Assembly: GCA_017881545.1 (NCBI GenBank)
Contig: JADGQU010000001.1
Coordinates: 32,484 to 96,483 of the forward strand
DNA: 64,000 bases
From: Gemmatimonadaceae bacterium
GTDB lineage: Bacteria > Gemmatimonadota > Gemmatimonadetes > Gemmatimonadales > Gemmatimonadaceae
Reading direction: 5' to 3'
In this document: positions 28,038-37,498 of the stretch, in pieces
Position numbering within the stretch: position 1 is the first letter of the stretch
Layout of the letters: every line of letters starts with the position of its first letter
Made by a program: the position numbers and the translations under genes
Notes under the pieces: model-generated
Databases searched by the model: none
Told to the model about the DNA's origin: nothing
What the model saw: only the letters and a program-made list of their open reading frames with translations

Positions 28038-28214
28038 ATGAAAGAATACCAGGCTGTCGTGGTCAAGCTGACGCGGCATACGCGCGAGGACGAAGATACC
28101 CTCACCGATCTTCTGAACGAGAGAAGCAGGGGAGGATGGGAGCCGGCCCTGATGTCGCAGGACGAGCAACGGCTCACGATCCTGTTTTCGCGCGATGCAG
28201 TAGCAGAAGGATAG
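28038..28214 (+). CDS. Small DUF4177-like protein (58 aa)
   Basis: Not in the ORF track. MKEYQAVVVKLTRHTREDEDTLTDLLNERSRGGWEPALMSQDEQRLTILFSRDAVAEG fits the EY...LN...GWE...F-x-R pattern and ends 4 nt before the next gene. Confidence 0.7.
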   Translation: MKEYQAVVVKLTRHTREDEDTLTDLLNERSRGGWEPALMSQDEQRLTILFSRDAVAEG

Positions 28215-28218
28215 CTGT

Positions 28219-29601
28219 TTGGAGATAACGTTCATCGGTGCGGCACGCGAAGTCACGGGCTCCTGTCATCTTCTTCACGTCAACGGGCATACCGTAGCTC
28301 TCGACTGCGGGATGTTTCAAGGCAGGCGGCAAGAGTCAGCCGAGAAGAACCGCAAGCTTCCGCTGCCGATCAAAGATCTCGATGCCGTTGTCCTCTCGCA
28401 CGCACACATCGACCACTCGGGGCGCCTTCCGTACCTGATCGCAGAGGGCTATTCCAAGACGATCTGGGCAACCGCGGCAACGCGGGACCTGTGCGCGATA
28501 ATGCTCGCCGACTCGGCCCATATCCAGGAGAAAGACGCCGAGTTTCTGGCCAAGAGGAAAAAGGACTTCATCGAGCCGCTGTATGGAATGCGACACGCCG
28601 TGCGCACGATGGACTTGATGGTCGGCGTTCCCTACACAGAGCCGTTCGACGTTGTTCCCGGAGTGCGTGCCAGCTACATCGACGCCGGCCATATCCTTGG
28701 CTCGGCATCTGTCCTGGTCGACTGCACGGAGGGAGGGAAGACAAAGCGGCTGGTCTTTTCCGGAGACGTTGGCAGAAGTGGTCTCGCCATAGTCCGGGAC
28801 CCAGTTCCGCCCGACGGTGCCGACGCTCTTGTCATGGAGTCAACGTATGGAAACAGGGACCACGAATCCGTAGAAGGCGCCCGAGCGCTGTTGGCCAAGG
28901 TGGTTCGCGAGACTGCCGGTCGAGGAGGCCGCGTTCTCATCCCAGCGTTCGCGGTCGGGCGAACACAGGAGATGATCTACGTCCTGCATGGTCTCGTGAA
29001 GGAGGGAGCAATCCCGGCGATTCCAATCTATGTCGACAGTCCCCTGGCGATCGATGCGACGACTGTGTTCGAAATGCACCCCGAAAGCTTCGACCGATCC
29101 GAAGAAATGGTACGGATAACGAAGGAGCTTTTCCGCTTCGACCTTCTCCACTATACACGCGATGTGGAGGAGTCAAAGGCCATATCGCGCTCTCACGGCC
29201 CGATGGTGATAATTGCGGCATCGGGCATGATGGAGAACGGCCGAATTCTTCATCACCTGGCGCAAGGGGCGAGCGATCCGAGGAACACGATTCTCGTGGT
29301 CGGATTTCAGGCCGAGCATACGCTCGGCCGAAGGGTGGTGGAGAGACAACCGGTTCTCCGGATCTTCGGCGAGGATGTCGCCCTCCACGCACGTGTCGAG
29401 GTCATCGACGGGTACAGCGCGCATGCAGACCGAACGGAGCTGACGACCTGGCTGGGACGCGTCCGGGAGAAGTCACCAAAGCTGGGACCGGTTTGGCTCG
29501 TGCACGGAGAAGCTCCGGTGCAGGACGAATTTAAAGCGGCACTGGAAGCGAAGGGATATTCCGTTGAGTGCCCGGAGCCTCACACGAGACGTGCTTTCTA
29601 G
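28219..29601 (+). CDS. MBL/beta-CASP RNA-metabolising nuclease
   Basis: GAAREVTGS, SHAHIDHSG, AGHILGS, ESTYG, PAFAVGR-x-QE, SAHAD, LVHGE. Confidence 0.93.
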   Translation: MEITFIGAAREVTGSCHLLHVNGHTVALDCGMFQGRRQESAEKNRKLPLPIKDLDAVVLSHAHIDHSGRLPYLIAEGYSKTIWATAATRDLCAIMLADSAHIQEKDAEFLAKRKKDFIEPLYGMRHAVRTMDLMVGVPYTEPFDVVPGVRASYIDAGHILGSASVLVDCTEGGKTKRLVFSGDVGRSGLAIVRDPVPPDGADALVMESTYGNRDHESVEGARALLAKVVRETAGRGGRVLIPAFAVGRTQEMIYVLHGLVKEGAIPAIPIYVDSPLAIDATTVFEMHPESFDRSEEMVRITKELFRFDLLHYTRDVEESKAISRSHGPMVIIAASGMMENGRILHHLAQGASDPRNTILVVGFQAEHTLGRRVVERQPVLRIFGEDVALHARVEVIDGYSAHADRTELTTWLGRVREKSPKLGPVWLVHGEAPVQDEFKAALEAKGYSVECPEPHTRRAF

Positions 29602-29616
29602 CGTACTTTCGTACGG

Positions 29617-30240
29617 ATGAAGCGTTCTGCGAAAGCAAAACATGTCGTAAAGATCATTCGGCGAATATTGACGGTCGCGGTCGTGGCCGCATTTGCTCTC
29701 TGGATCGCCTCCGCTACAGCTGTTCTCGTTTGGAGCTCGCGTGATGAAGCGCGGCCTGTTCAGGCGATAGTCGTACTGGGAGCTGCGCAGTATGCGGGTA
29801 AACCATCGCCTGTCCTCCGCGCCCGGCTCGATCACGCACTCGATCTATGGAATCGCCATCTGGCGTCTCTGCTGATACTCACGGGTGGAACGGGAGCCGG
29901 CGACACCACCAGCGAAGCGGCCGTTGGCAGAAACTACGCCCGGAAACACGGGGTTCCTGACAGCGCGATTCTGGTCGAGAACGAAGGCCGGACGACCAGT
30001 GAGTCGATGCACGCAGTCGCGGGGATGCTCGAAGTCCGGGGGCTTCAAACGGCCCTTCTCGTCAGCGATCCCTTCCACATGCTGCGACTGCGAATTCTGG
30101 CAAGGCGCTTCGGGTTTACACCGTACACGTCCCCCACTCAGACCAGCCCGATCTCGCCAAATCGGGAAGAGCGCTGGAAGTATATTTTTAGCGAATCGCT
30201 CAAAGCACCGCTCGCCTTCTTTTTCGAGAGGAAGCTGTGA
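29617..30240 (+). CDS. YdcF/DUF218 (ElyC/SanA-like) membrane protein
   Basis: AIVVLGA, L-x-x-RL, TGG, SEA, VSDPFH-x-x-R. Confidence 0.9.
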   Translation: MKRSAKAKHVVKIIRRILTVAVVAAFALWIASATAVLVWSSRDEARPVQAIVVLGAAQYAGKPSPVLRARLDHALDLWNRHLASLLILTGGTGAGDTTSEAAVGRNYARKHGVPDSAILVENEGRTTSESMHAVAGMLEVRGLQTALLVSDPFHMLRLRILARRFGFTPYTSPTQTSPISPNREERWKYIFSESLKAPLAFFFERKL

Positions 30241-31616
30241 AGAAGAACCCCCTTTTAGTGGCGTTGTGTTACTTAATAATAGGCACCCTAGGGGCAGCGT
30301 GCGCCGATGCACAAGCCACCCCTCGTATCCAGTTCGAGAAGTACAGGCTCCCGAACGGCCTCGAGGTCATCCTCCACGAGGATCACTCTACCCCCATCGT
30401 CGCCGTCGACACCTGGTACCACGTCGGCTCTGGCGATGAGCAGGTTGGCCGGACCGGGTTCGCGCACCTGTTCGAGCACATCATGTTCATGGGCTCGCAA
30501 AACGTTCCGGTTGGAGCATTCGACCAGATGCTCGAGGCGGCAGGGGCCAACAACAATGGCTCGACGACGGAAGACCGGACCAACTACTACGAGACGCTGC
30601 CTTCAAACGCGCTTCAGCTGGCTCTCTGGCTCGATGCTGATCGCATGGGGTTCCTCCTGCCGACGATGGACCTTCCCAAGGTCAATCTTCAGCGCGACGT
30701 CGTAAAGAATGAACGGCGCCAACGCGTCGACAACGTGCCCTACGGACGGGCGGACGAAATCATTCTGGCCGCGCTCTATCCCAAGACACACCCATATTCG
30801 TGGCCAGTCATCGGCTCAATGTCCGACCTAAGTGCCGCATCGTTGGCTGACGTGCAGAACTTCTTCAAGACCTACTACGCGCCGAACAACGCGACTCTGA
30901 CGATCGCTGGAGATTTCGATCCATCGACGGTGAAGAAACTGGTGGCCCTGTACTTTGGGAGCATTCCCCGGGGCCCGGAGGTGAAGAGGAGGCTAACGGT
31001 GCCCGCCGTCGCGATTCCACGCGACACGTTCCTCGTTCTCGAGGACAAAGTTCAGCTGCCGCGCCTCTTCTATACCTGGCACTCTGTCAAGGGATTCTCG
31101 AAGGATGACGCCGCTCTCGACATCCTCGCCCAGATCATTGCCAACGACAAGAACTCGCGCCTGTACAAAAAGCTCGTCTACGATCTCCAGATTGCACAAA
31201 ATGTGAGCGCGGGTCAGGATGGCTCGCGCCTGGATGGGAAATTCCAGATTGATGTCAGTCCAAAACCCGGCCAGAAAGTCGCGGATATTGATCGGATCGT
31301 TCAGACAGAGATTGCCGGTGTCATCAGCGGCGGCGTTACACAACGCGAGCTCCAACGAGCCCAGAATCTGTACAAGGCGAGCTTCCTCAACCGGCTTGCC
31401 AGCGTGCTCGGTAAGGCGGAGGTACTCAACTCTTACAACTACTTCGTCGGCAATCCGGACTACGTCCAGCAGGATGCGGCGCGCTATGAGCGTGTCACGG
31501 CAGCTGATGTACAACGCGTCGCGAAGACTTATCTCGGACGTCCGAAGATCGTTCTTACGGTCGTTCCGGAGGGGAAGAAGGACATGATGCTAACCGCAAG
31601 CGGAGGTGATCGATGA
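30237..31616 (+). CDS. M16 metallopeptidase, catalytic subunit, exported
   Basis: Signal peptide; HLFEH (inverted HXXEH); VKNERR. Confidence 0.93.
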   Translation: MKKNPLLVALCYLIIGTLGAACADAQATPRIQFEKYRLPNGLEVILHEDHSTPIVAVDTWYHVGSGDEQVGRTGFAHLFEHIMFMGSQNVPVGAFDQMLEAAGANNNGSTTEDRTNYYETLPSNALQLALWLDADRMGFLLPTMDLPKVNLQRDVVKNERRQRVDNVPYGRADEIILAALYPKTHPYSWPVIGSMSDLSAASLADVQNFFKTYYAPNNATLTIAGDFDPSTVKKLVALYFGSIPRGPEVKRRLTVPAVAIPRDTFLVLEDKVQLPRLFYTWHSVKGFSKDDAALDILAQIIANDKNSRLYKKLVYDLQIAQNVSAGQDGSRLDGKFQIDVSPKPGQKVADIDRIVQTEIAGVISGGVTQRELQRAQNLYKASFLNRLASVLGKAEVLNSYNYFVGNPDYVQQDAARYERVTAADVQRVAKTYLGRPKIVLTVVPEGKKDMMLTASGGDR

Positions 31617-33058
31617 AGGTTTTTGGAGCTACGAGCACGCTGGGCGTACTTATCCTGCTCGCCGTCCAGTCGATCGCCTCAGCGCAGGGAACGTTTGACA
31701 GAACGAAACCACCCGAGTTGGGGCCTCCACCTCGTGTATCGCTTCCCCCAATCCTCACGAGGCAACTCCCGAACGGGCTGAAGCTGATGATCGTCGAGCA
31801 GCACGAGCTTCCGCTCGCGGACTTTGTTCTTCTCGTCGGAAGTGGCGGTACCGTCGACCCCGCCGGCAAGACGGGAGTCGCAAACCTGACTTCGTCCATG
31901 CTGCGCGAGGGCACGACGACTCGTAAGAGCCTGGACATAGCCGATCAGGTCGCATTCCTCGGCATCAACCTTTCTCCGACCAGCAGCTGGGAATCCAGCA
32001 CGCTGTCGCTGCACACCCCAACGGCACAGCTCGACAGCGCGCTTGCCCTTTTTGCGGACGTGGCCCTCCATCCGTCGTTTCCCGCGAACGAGTTTGAAAG
32101 GATAAGGAAAACCCGCCTGACCGAGCTCCTCCAGCTACGCGACCAAGGGCCGGCGATCGCGAACATTGCGTTTCCAGCGATCATCTACGGCAGCGGGCAT
32201 CCGTATGGACTTCCACTAATCGGCTCCGAAGGTTCCGTGAAGTCACTCACGACCGCCGATTTATTGTCCTACTACCAAACGAATTTCAGGCCGAACAATG
32301 CAACCCTGATCGTCGTGGGAGATGTGAATCCAGCTCAGGTCGAGCAGAAGATCAACACGCTGTTCGGCAACTGGGAGCGTGGAGATCTTCCCCAGCTCAA
32401 TTACAGTGAGCCACCAAAGTCGGGCACAACGACGATCTATCTGATCGACAAGCCGGGTGCGGCGCAGTCGTCGTTCCGAATCGGGTCCGTGGGGGTTCCG
32501 CGCTCGACTAGGGACTATTTCGCTCTGACGGTGATGAATACGATCCTGGGCGGGTCCTTCACCAGCAGACTGAACCAGAACCTTCGCGAAGCACGGGGCT
32601 ATACCTATGGTGCCGGCTCCCGCTTCGATATGAGACGGGCGGCTGGACCCTTCACCGCATCGGCGGAGATCGTCTCGGCGAAAACCGATTCCGCGCTTCT
32701 CGAGTTCATGAAGGAGCTGAATGGAATCCGTCAGTCGGTTCCACCCGACGAGCTATCCCGTGCGAAGCGCTATTTGCAGCTACAGCTTCCGGGAAATTTC
32801 GAGACGACCCAGCAAATCGCGGGTGCACTGGTACCGGTGGCGCTGTATGGACTCCCGCTCGACTACTACAATAACTACGTCCAGAACATCGAAGGCGTCA
32901 CTCAGGCCGACGTGGCTCGGGTTGCGCAGCAGTACATAAGCCCAGGCTCACTTGCGGTGGTAATAGTCGGTGACCGAAAAACAATCGAACAAGGCCTGAA
33001 AGCAATCAACGTCGGGGCGATCGCGATCAGAGACATAGCAGGGCAGCCGATCCAATAG
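31613..33058 (+). CDS. M16 peptidase non-catalytic partner subunit, exported
   Basis: Signal peptide; HXXEH replaced by NLTSS; SRL-x-x-NLRE-x-x-GYTYG (R/Y pair). Confidence 0.9.
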   Translation: MKVFGATSTLGVLILLAVQSIASAQGTFDRTKPPELGPPPRVSLPPILTRQLPNGLKLMIVEQHELPLADFVLLVGSGGTVDPAGKTGVANLTSSMLREGTTTRKSLDIADQVAFLGINLSPTSSWESSTLSLHTPTAQLDSALALFADVALHPSFPANEFERIRKTRLTELLQLRDQGPAIANIAFPAIIYGSGHPYGLPLIGSEGSVKSLTTADLLSYYQTNFRPNNATLIVVGDVNPAQVEQKINTLFGNWERGDLPQLNYSEPPKSGTTTIYLIDKPGAAQSSFRIGSVGVPRSTRDYFALTVMNTILGGSFTSRLNQNLREARGYTYGAGSRFDMRRAAGPFTASAEIVSAKTDSALLEFMKELNGIRQSVPPDELSRAKRYLQLQLPGNFETTQQIAGALVPVALYGLPLDYYNNYVQNIEGVTQADVARVAQQYISPGSLAVVIVGDRKTIEQGLKAINVGAIAIRDIAGQPIQ

Positions 33059-33069
33059 CTGCGGCAATC

Positions 33070-33110
33070 AAAGAGGACACGATCTGATTCTGGGTCGTGC
33101 CCTCTTTTTT
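33070..33110. terminator. Intrinsic terminator (possibly bidirectional)
   Basis: AAAGAGGACACGAT...GTCGTGCCCTCTTTTTT hairpin between convergent genes. Confidence 0.75.
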
Positions 33111-33123
33111 GGATCACTGAAGA

Positions 33124-33966
33124 CTACCTGCCAGGGGCTGTCGGCGAGCCTGATGGCTTAGGGCTCGAGTCGGGGTTCAATGCCGCGGCAATCCAACGCC
33201 AGTAGGCCTCACCGGCGATCTCGGCAATGTCACTATGCCCGGCTTTCTCTACTACGAGAAGATGACCCTTTCGTTTGACAGCTTCGTAAACTTCGATTCC
33301 CATTCTGAAGGGCACGATACGGTCGCGCTTACCGTGTGCTACCGAGACCGGCACATCGAGCTCAGAGACAATGTGTTTCGTGTCGAAGTGAATTCGTGAG
33401 ATAGCTCTCCAGACAATGGAAATGGGCGGCCACACGATGAGTCTCGCCATCGCGTGAGCCGAAGAAAACGGCGACTGGAGAAGCAAAGCAGTAGGAGGAT
33501 GAATTTCGGCAAGCTCGGTTGCTACGCCACTGCCGAGTGAATGACCGAAGTAGGCCATCCGCGTGCGATCGATACCGAATGCAATTCGCAGATGGTCATA
33601 GGCGCCACGCGCGTCGAGCTTCGTGGTCGAGTAAGTAGGACTCCCACCAAGCGACATGTAACCGCGGTACTCTGCGAGGAAAACGGCGTATCTGGTACGG
33701 TGCTCTACCGCCCGGGCCCAGTCGAGCTGCCATACGGCAAGGTCGGCGTTTCCATGGAAGCAGAGCAGCACGCCGGGCGCACTTTTGGGATCCCCGACCA
33801 TGAAGCCGGTCAGCCGCTGCCCATCTACCGCGTCGTACGAAACGCGCCCAGTCTCGGGGAGCTCTTCCAGCAGGCGAGGCGGCTGAAACAGGATTCGCTC
33901 CTGCGACCTCCAGAGCAGAACCAATGAACCCAGGAGCAGTGCGAGAATGACCAATGCGGCAATCAC
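33124..33966 (-). CDS. Alpha/beta hydrolase (ABHD13/Bem46-like)
   Basis: N-terminal TM, FHGNA, EYRGY, GHSLG nucleophile elbow, HG-x-x-D, GH. Confidence 0.9.
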   Translation of the reverse strand: MIAALVILALLLGSLVLLWRSQERILFQPPRLLEELPETGRVSYDAVDGQRLTGFMVGDPKSAPGVLLCFHGNADLAVWQLDWARAVEHRTRYAVFLAEYRGYMSLGGSPTYSTTKLDARGAYDHLRIAFGIDRTRMAYFGHSLGSGVATELAEIHPPTALLLQSPFSSAHAMARLIVWPPISIVWRAISRIHFDTKHIVSELDVPVSVAHGKRDRIVPFRMGIEVYEAVKRKGHLLVVEKAGHSDIAEIAGEAYWRWIAAALNPDSSPKPSGSPTAPGR

Positions 33967-34019
33967 GTGCGGGCGCCGAGGGGGTTCCAGTGGGTTTGCA
34001 TGGCGGGCAATTTACGACA

Positions 34020-35330
34020 ATGCGAATTCCGGTAGAAACCTTCCACCTCGACAACGGCCTGTTCGTGACGCTGTCGGAGGATCACAGCACGCCAATCGTG
34101 GCTGTGAACCTCTGGTATCACGTCGGGTCGGCGAATGAGAAAGCCGGCAGAACCGGATTCGCGCACCTCTTCGAGCATATGCTCTTCCAGGGCTCGGCAC
34201 ATGTTGGTTCAAACGAGCATTTCGAACTGATTCAACGCGCTGGTGGAACGCTGAACGGTTCAACGTGGCTCGAGCGGACAAATTACTTCGAGACGGTGCC
34301 GTCAAACGAGCTTGCACTGGCTCTTTGGCTGGAAGCGGACCGCATGGGGGAGCTGCTTCCGGCAATGACTCAGGAAAAGCTGGATACACAGCGTGATGTC
34401 GTTAAGAATGAGCGACGATGGGCGGTGGACAACCAGCCGTACGGCACGATGCTCGAAAGGATGCAGGAGCTGGTGTTCCCGGCGTCGCACCCATTTCAGC
34501 ATTCCCTCATTGGGTCGATGGAAGATCTGTCGGCCGCGTCGCTGGATGACATCGCGCAATTCTTTGCCACCTACTACACGCCGGACAACGCGGTCCTTTC
34601 AATAGCCGGTGACTTCGGCTCGACAGCGGCGCGCAAGCTGGTCACCGAGTACTTCGGACCGATTCCGAGTGGGAAAGTGAGACCTGAGTTGCCACCGATG
34701 AATCTCCCGCCCGTGTTCGGAGCCCGGTTGCGCGAGGTCGTCTACGATAACGTCAGCCTCCCACGATTGTTCATGGCATTTCGCTCACCGGTTTTTGGGA
34801 GCGAGGAATACTACGCCGCGAGTGTTGCTTCGGCAGTGCTCGGGATGAGAAAGGGGAGCCGCCTTCACCGGTCTCTGGTACGGGAGCGGCAGATCGCGGC
34901 AGATGCCGGCGCGTTCACGTTCGACCTGGCCAAAGGCACCGATATCCTGGTCGTGGACGTCACTGCGCGGCCGGAAACCTCCGTCGCCCAGCTCGAGCAA
35001 GAAGTCGAGCGCGAAATCGACACGGTCCACGGAGAAGGAGTTACGGAACCGGAAGTAAAAAGAGCCATCGCGCTCATCGAGACAGACTTGCTCGCGTCCC
35101 TCCAGTCAGCGGGCGAGAGGGCCGACAGGCTTTCGATGTTCGCCACCTATTTCAAGCGGCCGGAGCTGATCAACGAGCAGGCGGATCGCTATCGATCCGT
35201 AACTACGCAGAGAGTCAACGCGCTCATCTCCGAACGACTTGGTGCAAACAACCGGGCGAATCTTCTCTACGTACCAAAGGAAGGAGTCGAACTGGAGAGC
35301 GCACTGGCAGCAGTCGCGGGCACGAACTGA
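34020..35330 (+). CDS. M16 metallopeptidase, catalytic subunit, cytoplasmic
   Basis: HLFEH and VKNERR; no signal peptide from ATG 34020. Confidence 0.92.
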   Translation: MRIPVETFHLDNGLFVTLSEDHSTPIVAVNLWYHVGSANEKAGRTGFAHLFEHMLFQGSAHVGSNEHFELIQRAGGTLNGSTWLERTNYFETVPSNELALALWLEADRMGELLPAMTQEKLDTQRDVVKNERRWAVDNQPYGTMLERMQELVFPASHPFQHSLIGSMEDLSAASLDDIAQFFATYYTPDNAVLSIAGDFGSTAARKLVTEYFGPIPSGKVRPELPPMNLPPVFGARLREVVYDNVSLPRLFMAFRSPVFGSEEYYAASVASAVLGMRKGSRLHRSLVRERQIAADAGAFTFDLAKGTDILVVDVTARPETSVAQLEQEVEREIDTVHGEGVTEPEVKRAIALIETDLLASLQSAGERADRLSMFATYFKRPELINEQADRYRSVTTQRVNALISERLGANNRANLLYVPKEGVELESALAAVAGTN

Positions 35331-36679
35331 TGGTCACATCCCTTCGCCCGAAGCCGGGACCAACCCGGAGCTACAATTTCCCGGGTTTCCACGATGAGAT
35401 TCTGCCGAGTGGAATCCGCCTCGTCACGGCGCCAGTAGCGAAGCTGCCAGTGGTCACGGTGCTGGTGATCGTCGACGCTGGGTCCACAAATGATCCAGCG
35501 GGCAAGGAAGGTGTCGCCGCCCTCACTGCCGGTACGCTTCTCGAGGGCAGCGAAAAGTTCGATGGAGCGGAGCTGGCGGAGAAGTTCGAGCAGCTCGGGA
35601 CGTCGGTCGAAACTGGAGCAGACTGGGACAGCGCATTCATCAAGATCACTGTGCTGTCGGAGCAGCTGGAGCAAGCGACGATGCTTCTTGGCGAGGCCAT
35701 CAGCAGTCCGGTTTTCCCCGAGCGTGAGGTCGAGCGCGCTAAATCGGAGCGTCTGGCGGAGATTCTTCAGCTCGAAACGGAGCCGCGAGGATTAGCCGAC
35801 GAGAAGTTCTCGGAATTCCTGTACACACAGGAATCCCGGTACTCGAAGCCCGACGAGGGAGGCACCGAGAGCGTACGGGCATTGTCTCGGAAAGACGTCG
35901 AGGCGTTTTATAGATCCAGCTACCGCGCCGGATCGACGACCGCAATCATCGCGGGGGATACGTCCACGAATGAGGCACGCGCATTGATAACACGCGCGTT
36001 TCAGCGCTGGCCGTCGGGGCGTGCTCCGAACCGGCCGTTTGTCGCAATGGCCCGGACGACTCGAAAGAGCATTCATATAGTGGACAAGCCCGAGGCGCCA
36101 CAATCAGAGCTTCGGGCTGGGCATGTCGGTCTGCCGCGCAACCACCCCGATTTTTTCCCGACGCTCGTGATGAATGCCGTCCTGGGTGGCCTCTTCGGGT
36201 CGCGGATCAACCTGAATCTGCGAGAGGAGCACGGATACACGTACGGGGCGTCATCGTTTTATGACTGGCGGCGAGGACCAGGCCCCTTCGTCGTATCGAC
36301 GGCCGTGCAAAGCGAAGTGACAGCAGCAGCGCTACGGGAGATCCTTCTCGAGATCGATCGAATCCGCGGCGAACGGATCTCCGAAGAGGAGTTGTCGCTG
36401 GCGAGAGACTATCTCGATGGGGTGTTTCCCATCCGATACGAGACGACAGCGGCAATCGCATCTGCTCTCGCCACCCTCGTGATCTACGATCTACCCGCCG
36501 ACTACTATGATTCCTACAGGAAGAACATCCGTGAAGTGTCGGCGGACGCAATTCTCGAGGCAGCCAGGTCACATCTGCATCCTGACCAGCTGCAGACGAT
36601 CGTAGTCGGTGACGCACGGGTGATTCGCGCCTCAGTTTCCGATTTGAGCGTCGGGGATCTGCACGTTTACAGCTCCTAG
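35330..36679 (+). CDS. M16 peptidase non-catalytic partner subunit, cytoplasmic
   Basis: HXXEH replaced by ALTAG; SRINLNLREEHGYTYG; no signal peptide; TGATG coupling to the previous gene. Confidence 0.9.
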   Translation: MVTSLRPKPGPTRSYNFPGFHDEILPSGIRLVTAPVAKLPVVTVLVIVDAGSTNDPAGKEGVAALTAGTLLEGSEKFDGAELAEKFEQLGTSVETGADWDSAFIKITVLSEQLEQATMLLGEAISSPVFPEREVERAKSERLAEILQLETEPRGLADEKFSEFLYTQESRYSKPDEGGTESVRALSRKDVEAFYRSSYRAGSTTAIIAGDTSTNEARALITRAFQRWPSGRAPNRPFVAMARTTRKSIHIVDKPEAPQSELRAGHVGLPRNHPDFFPTLVMNAVLGGLFGSRINLNLREEHGYTYGASSFYDWRRGPGPFVVSTAVQSEVTAAALREILLEIDRIRGERISEEELSLARDYLDGVFPIRYETTAAIASALATLVIYDLPADYYDSYRKNIREVSADAILEAARSHLHPDQLQTIVVGDARVIRASVSDLSVGDLHVYSS

Positions 36680-36691
36680 GCTTTAATCGCG

Positions 36692-37252
36692 ATGGAAGAA
36701 GAAACAAAAGCCGGACGGATAGAATCCAGGCGGGCGTATACGGGAAGAGTCATCTCGCTCGATGTAGACACAGTCCGATTTCCCGACGGATCCACCGGCG
36801 AGCTGGAGATGATCCGGCATCCGGGGGCAAGCGCGGTCGTACCCTTCCTGAGCGATCCAAAAGGGGAAGATCCGCAGGTGCTGATGATCCGGCAGTATCG
36901 ATATGCGGCCGACGGCTACATGTACGAGATCCCGGCAGGAAGACTCGACCCGGGCGAAAGCCCCCACGATTGTGCCGTGCGGGAGCTGAAAGAAGAGACC
37001 GGCTGCACAGCAGAGCGGTTTGACCACTTGCTCACGATGTACACGACTCCGGGGTTCACTGACGAAAAAATTCATCTCTTCATGGCAACCGGATTGGTCG
37101 CTGGAGAGACTAAGCATGAGGCGGATGAGTTTTTGGACCTCCATCCAATGCGGCTGTCCCGAGCGTTGGAGATGGTGGAAGCAGGTGGAATTCAGGATGC
37201 CAAGACCGCACTCGGTCTCCTGTTCGCCGCGGGGTTTCGCGCAAGCCGTTAA
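36692..37252 (+). CDS. NUDIX hydrolase (ADP-ribose pyrophosphatase-like)
   Basis: Nudix box GRLDPGE...AVRELKEETG, plus RQYRY, Y-x-x-PG and DAKT. Confidence 0.9.
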   Translation: MEEETKAGRIESRRAYTGRVISLDVDTVRFPDGSTGELEMIRHPGASAVVPFLSDPKGEDPQVLMIRQYRYAADGYMYEIPAGRLDPGESPHDCAVRELKEETGCTAERFDHLLTMYTTPGFTDEKIHLFMATGLVAGETKHEADEFLDLHPMRLSRALEMVEAGGIQDAKTALGLLFAAGFRASR

Positions 37253-37359
37253 CCCTGCGGGCCAAATTGGCGTCTAATCAATGAAAGACGCTGACATGTC
37301 ATGTAAATAGGACAGAATTGGCAGAATCAGGACAGGCTCAGCGATTGAGCTAAGCGCCA

Positions 37360-37415
37360 TAAGTCATTTACTGACAACGGGTTACTCCCAACCGCCATTG
37401 GGCACGCGCCGTGCA
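37360..37415 (+). promoter_or_regulatory. Putative sigma54 promoter with upstream IHF-like site
   Basis: TGGGCACGCGCCGTGCA (37399-37415; GG-N10-GC); TGACAACGGGTTA IHF-like site ending at 37384. Confidence 0.6.
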
Positions 37416-37498
37416 TTACATGGAAGCGCAGAATGTTCCAGCTAGAGATGTGCACGATTTGGTGTCGTGAGTGTCTCTTATTAAGAGGAGAGAGAAAA

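Noticed and set aside
28491-29534. 347-aa alternative-frame ORF, and similar Arg-rich ORFs at 44047-45000, 45198-46115, 55907-56767 and 58204-59076
   Set aside because: They overlap confidently assigned genes and have the Arg/Gly/Ala-rich composition of shadow frames.
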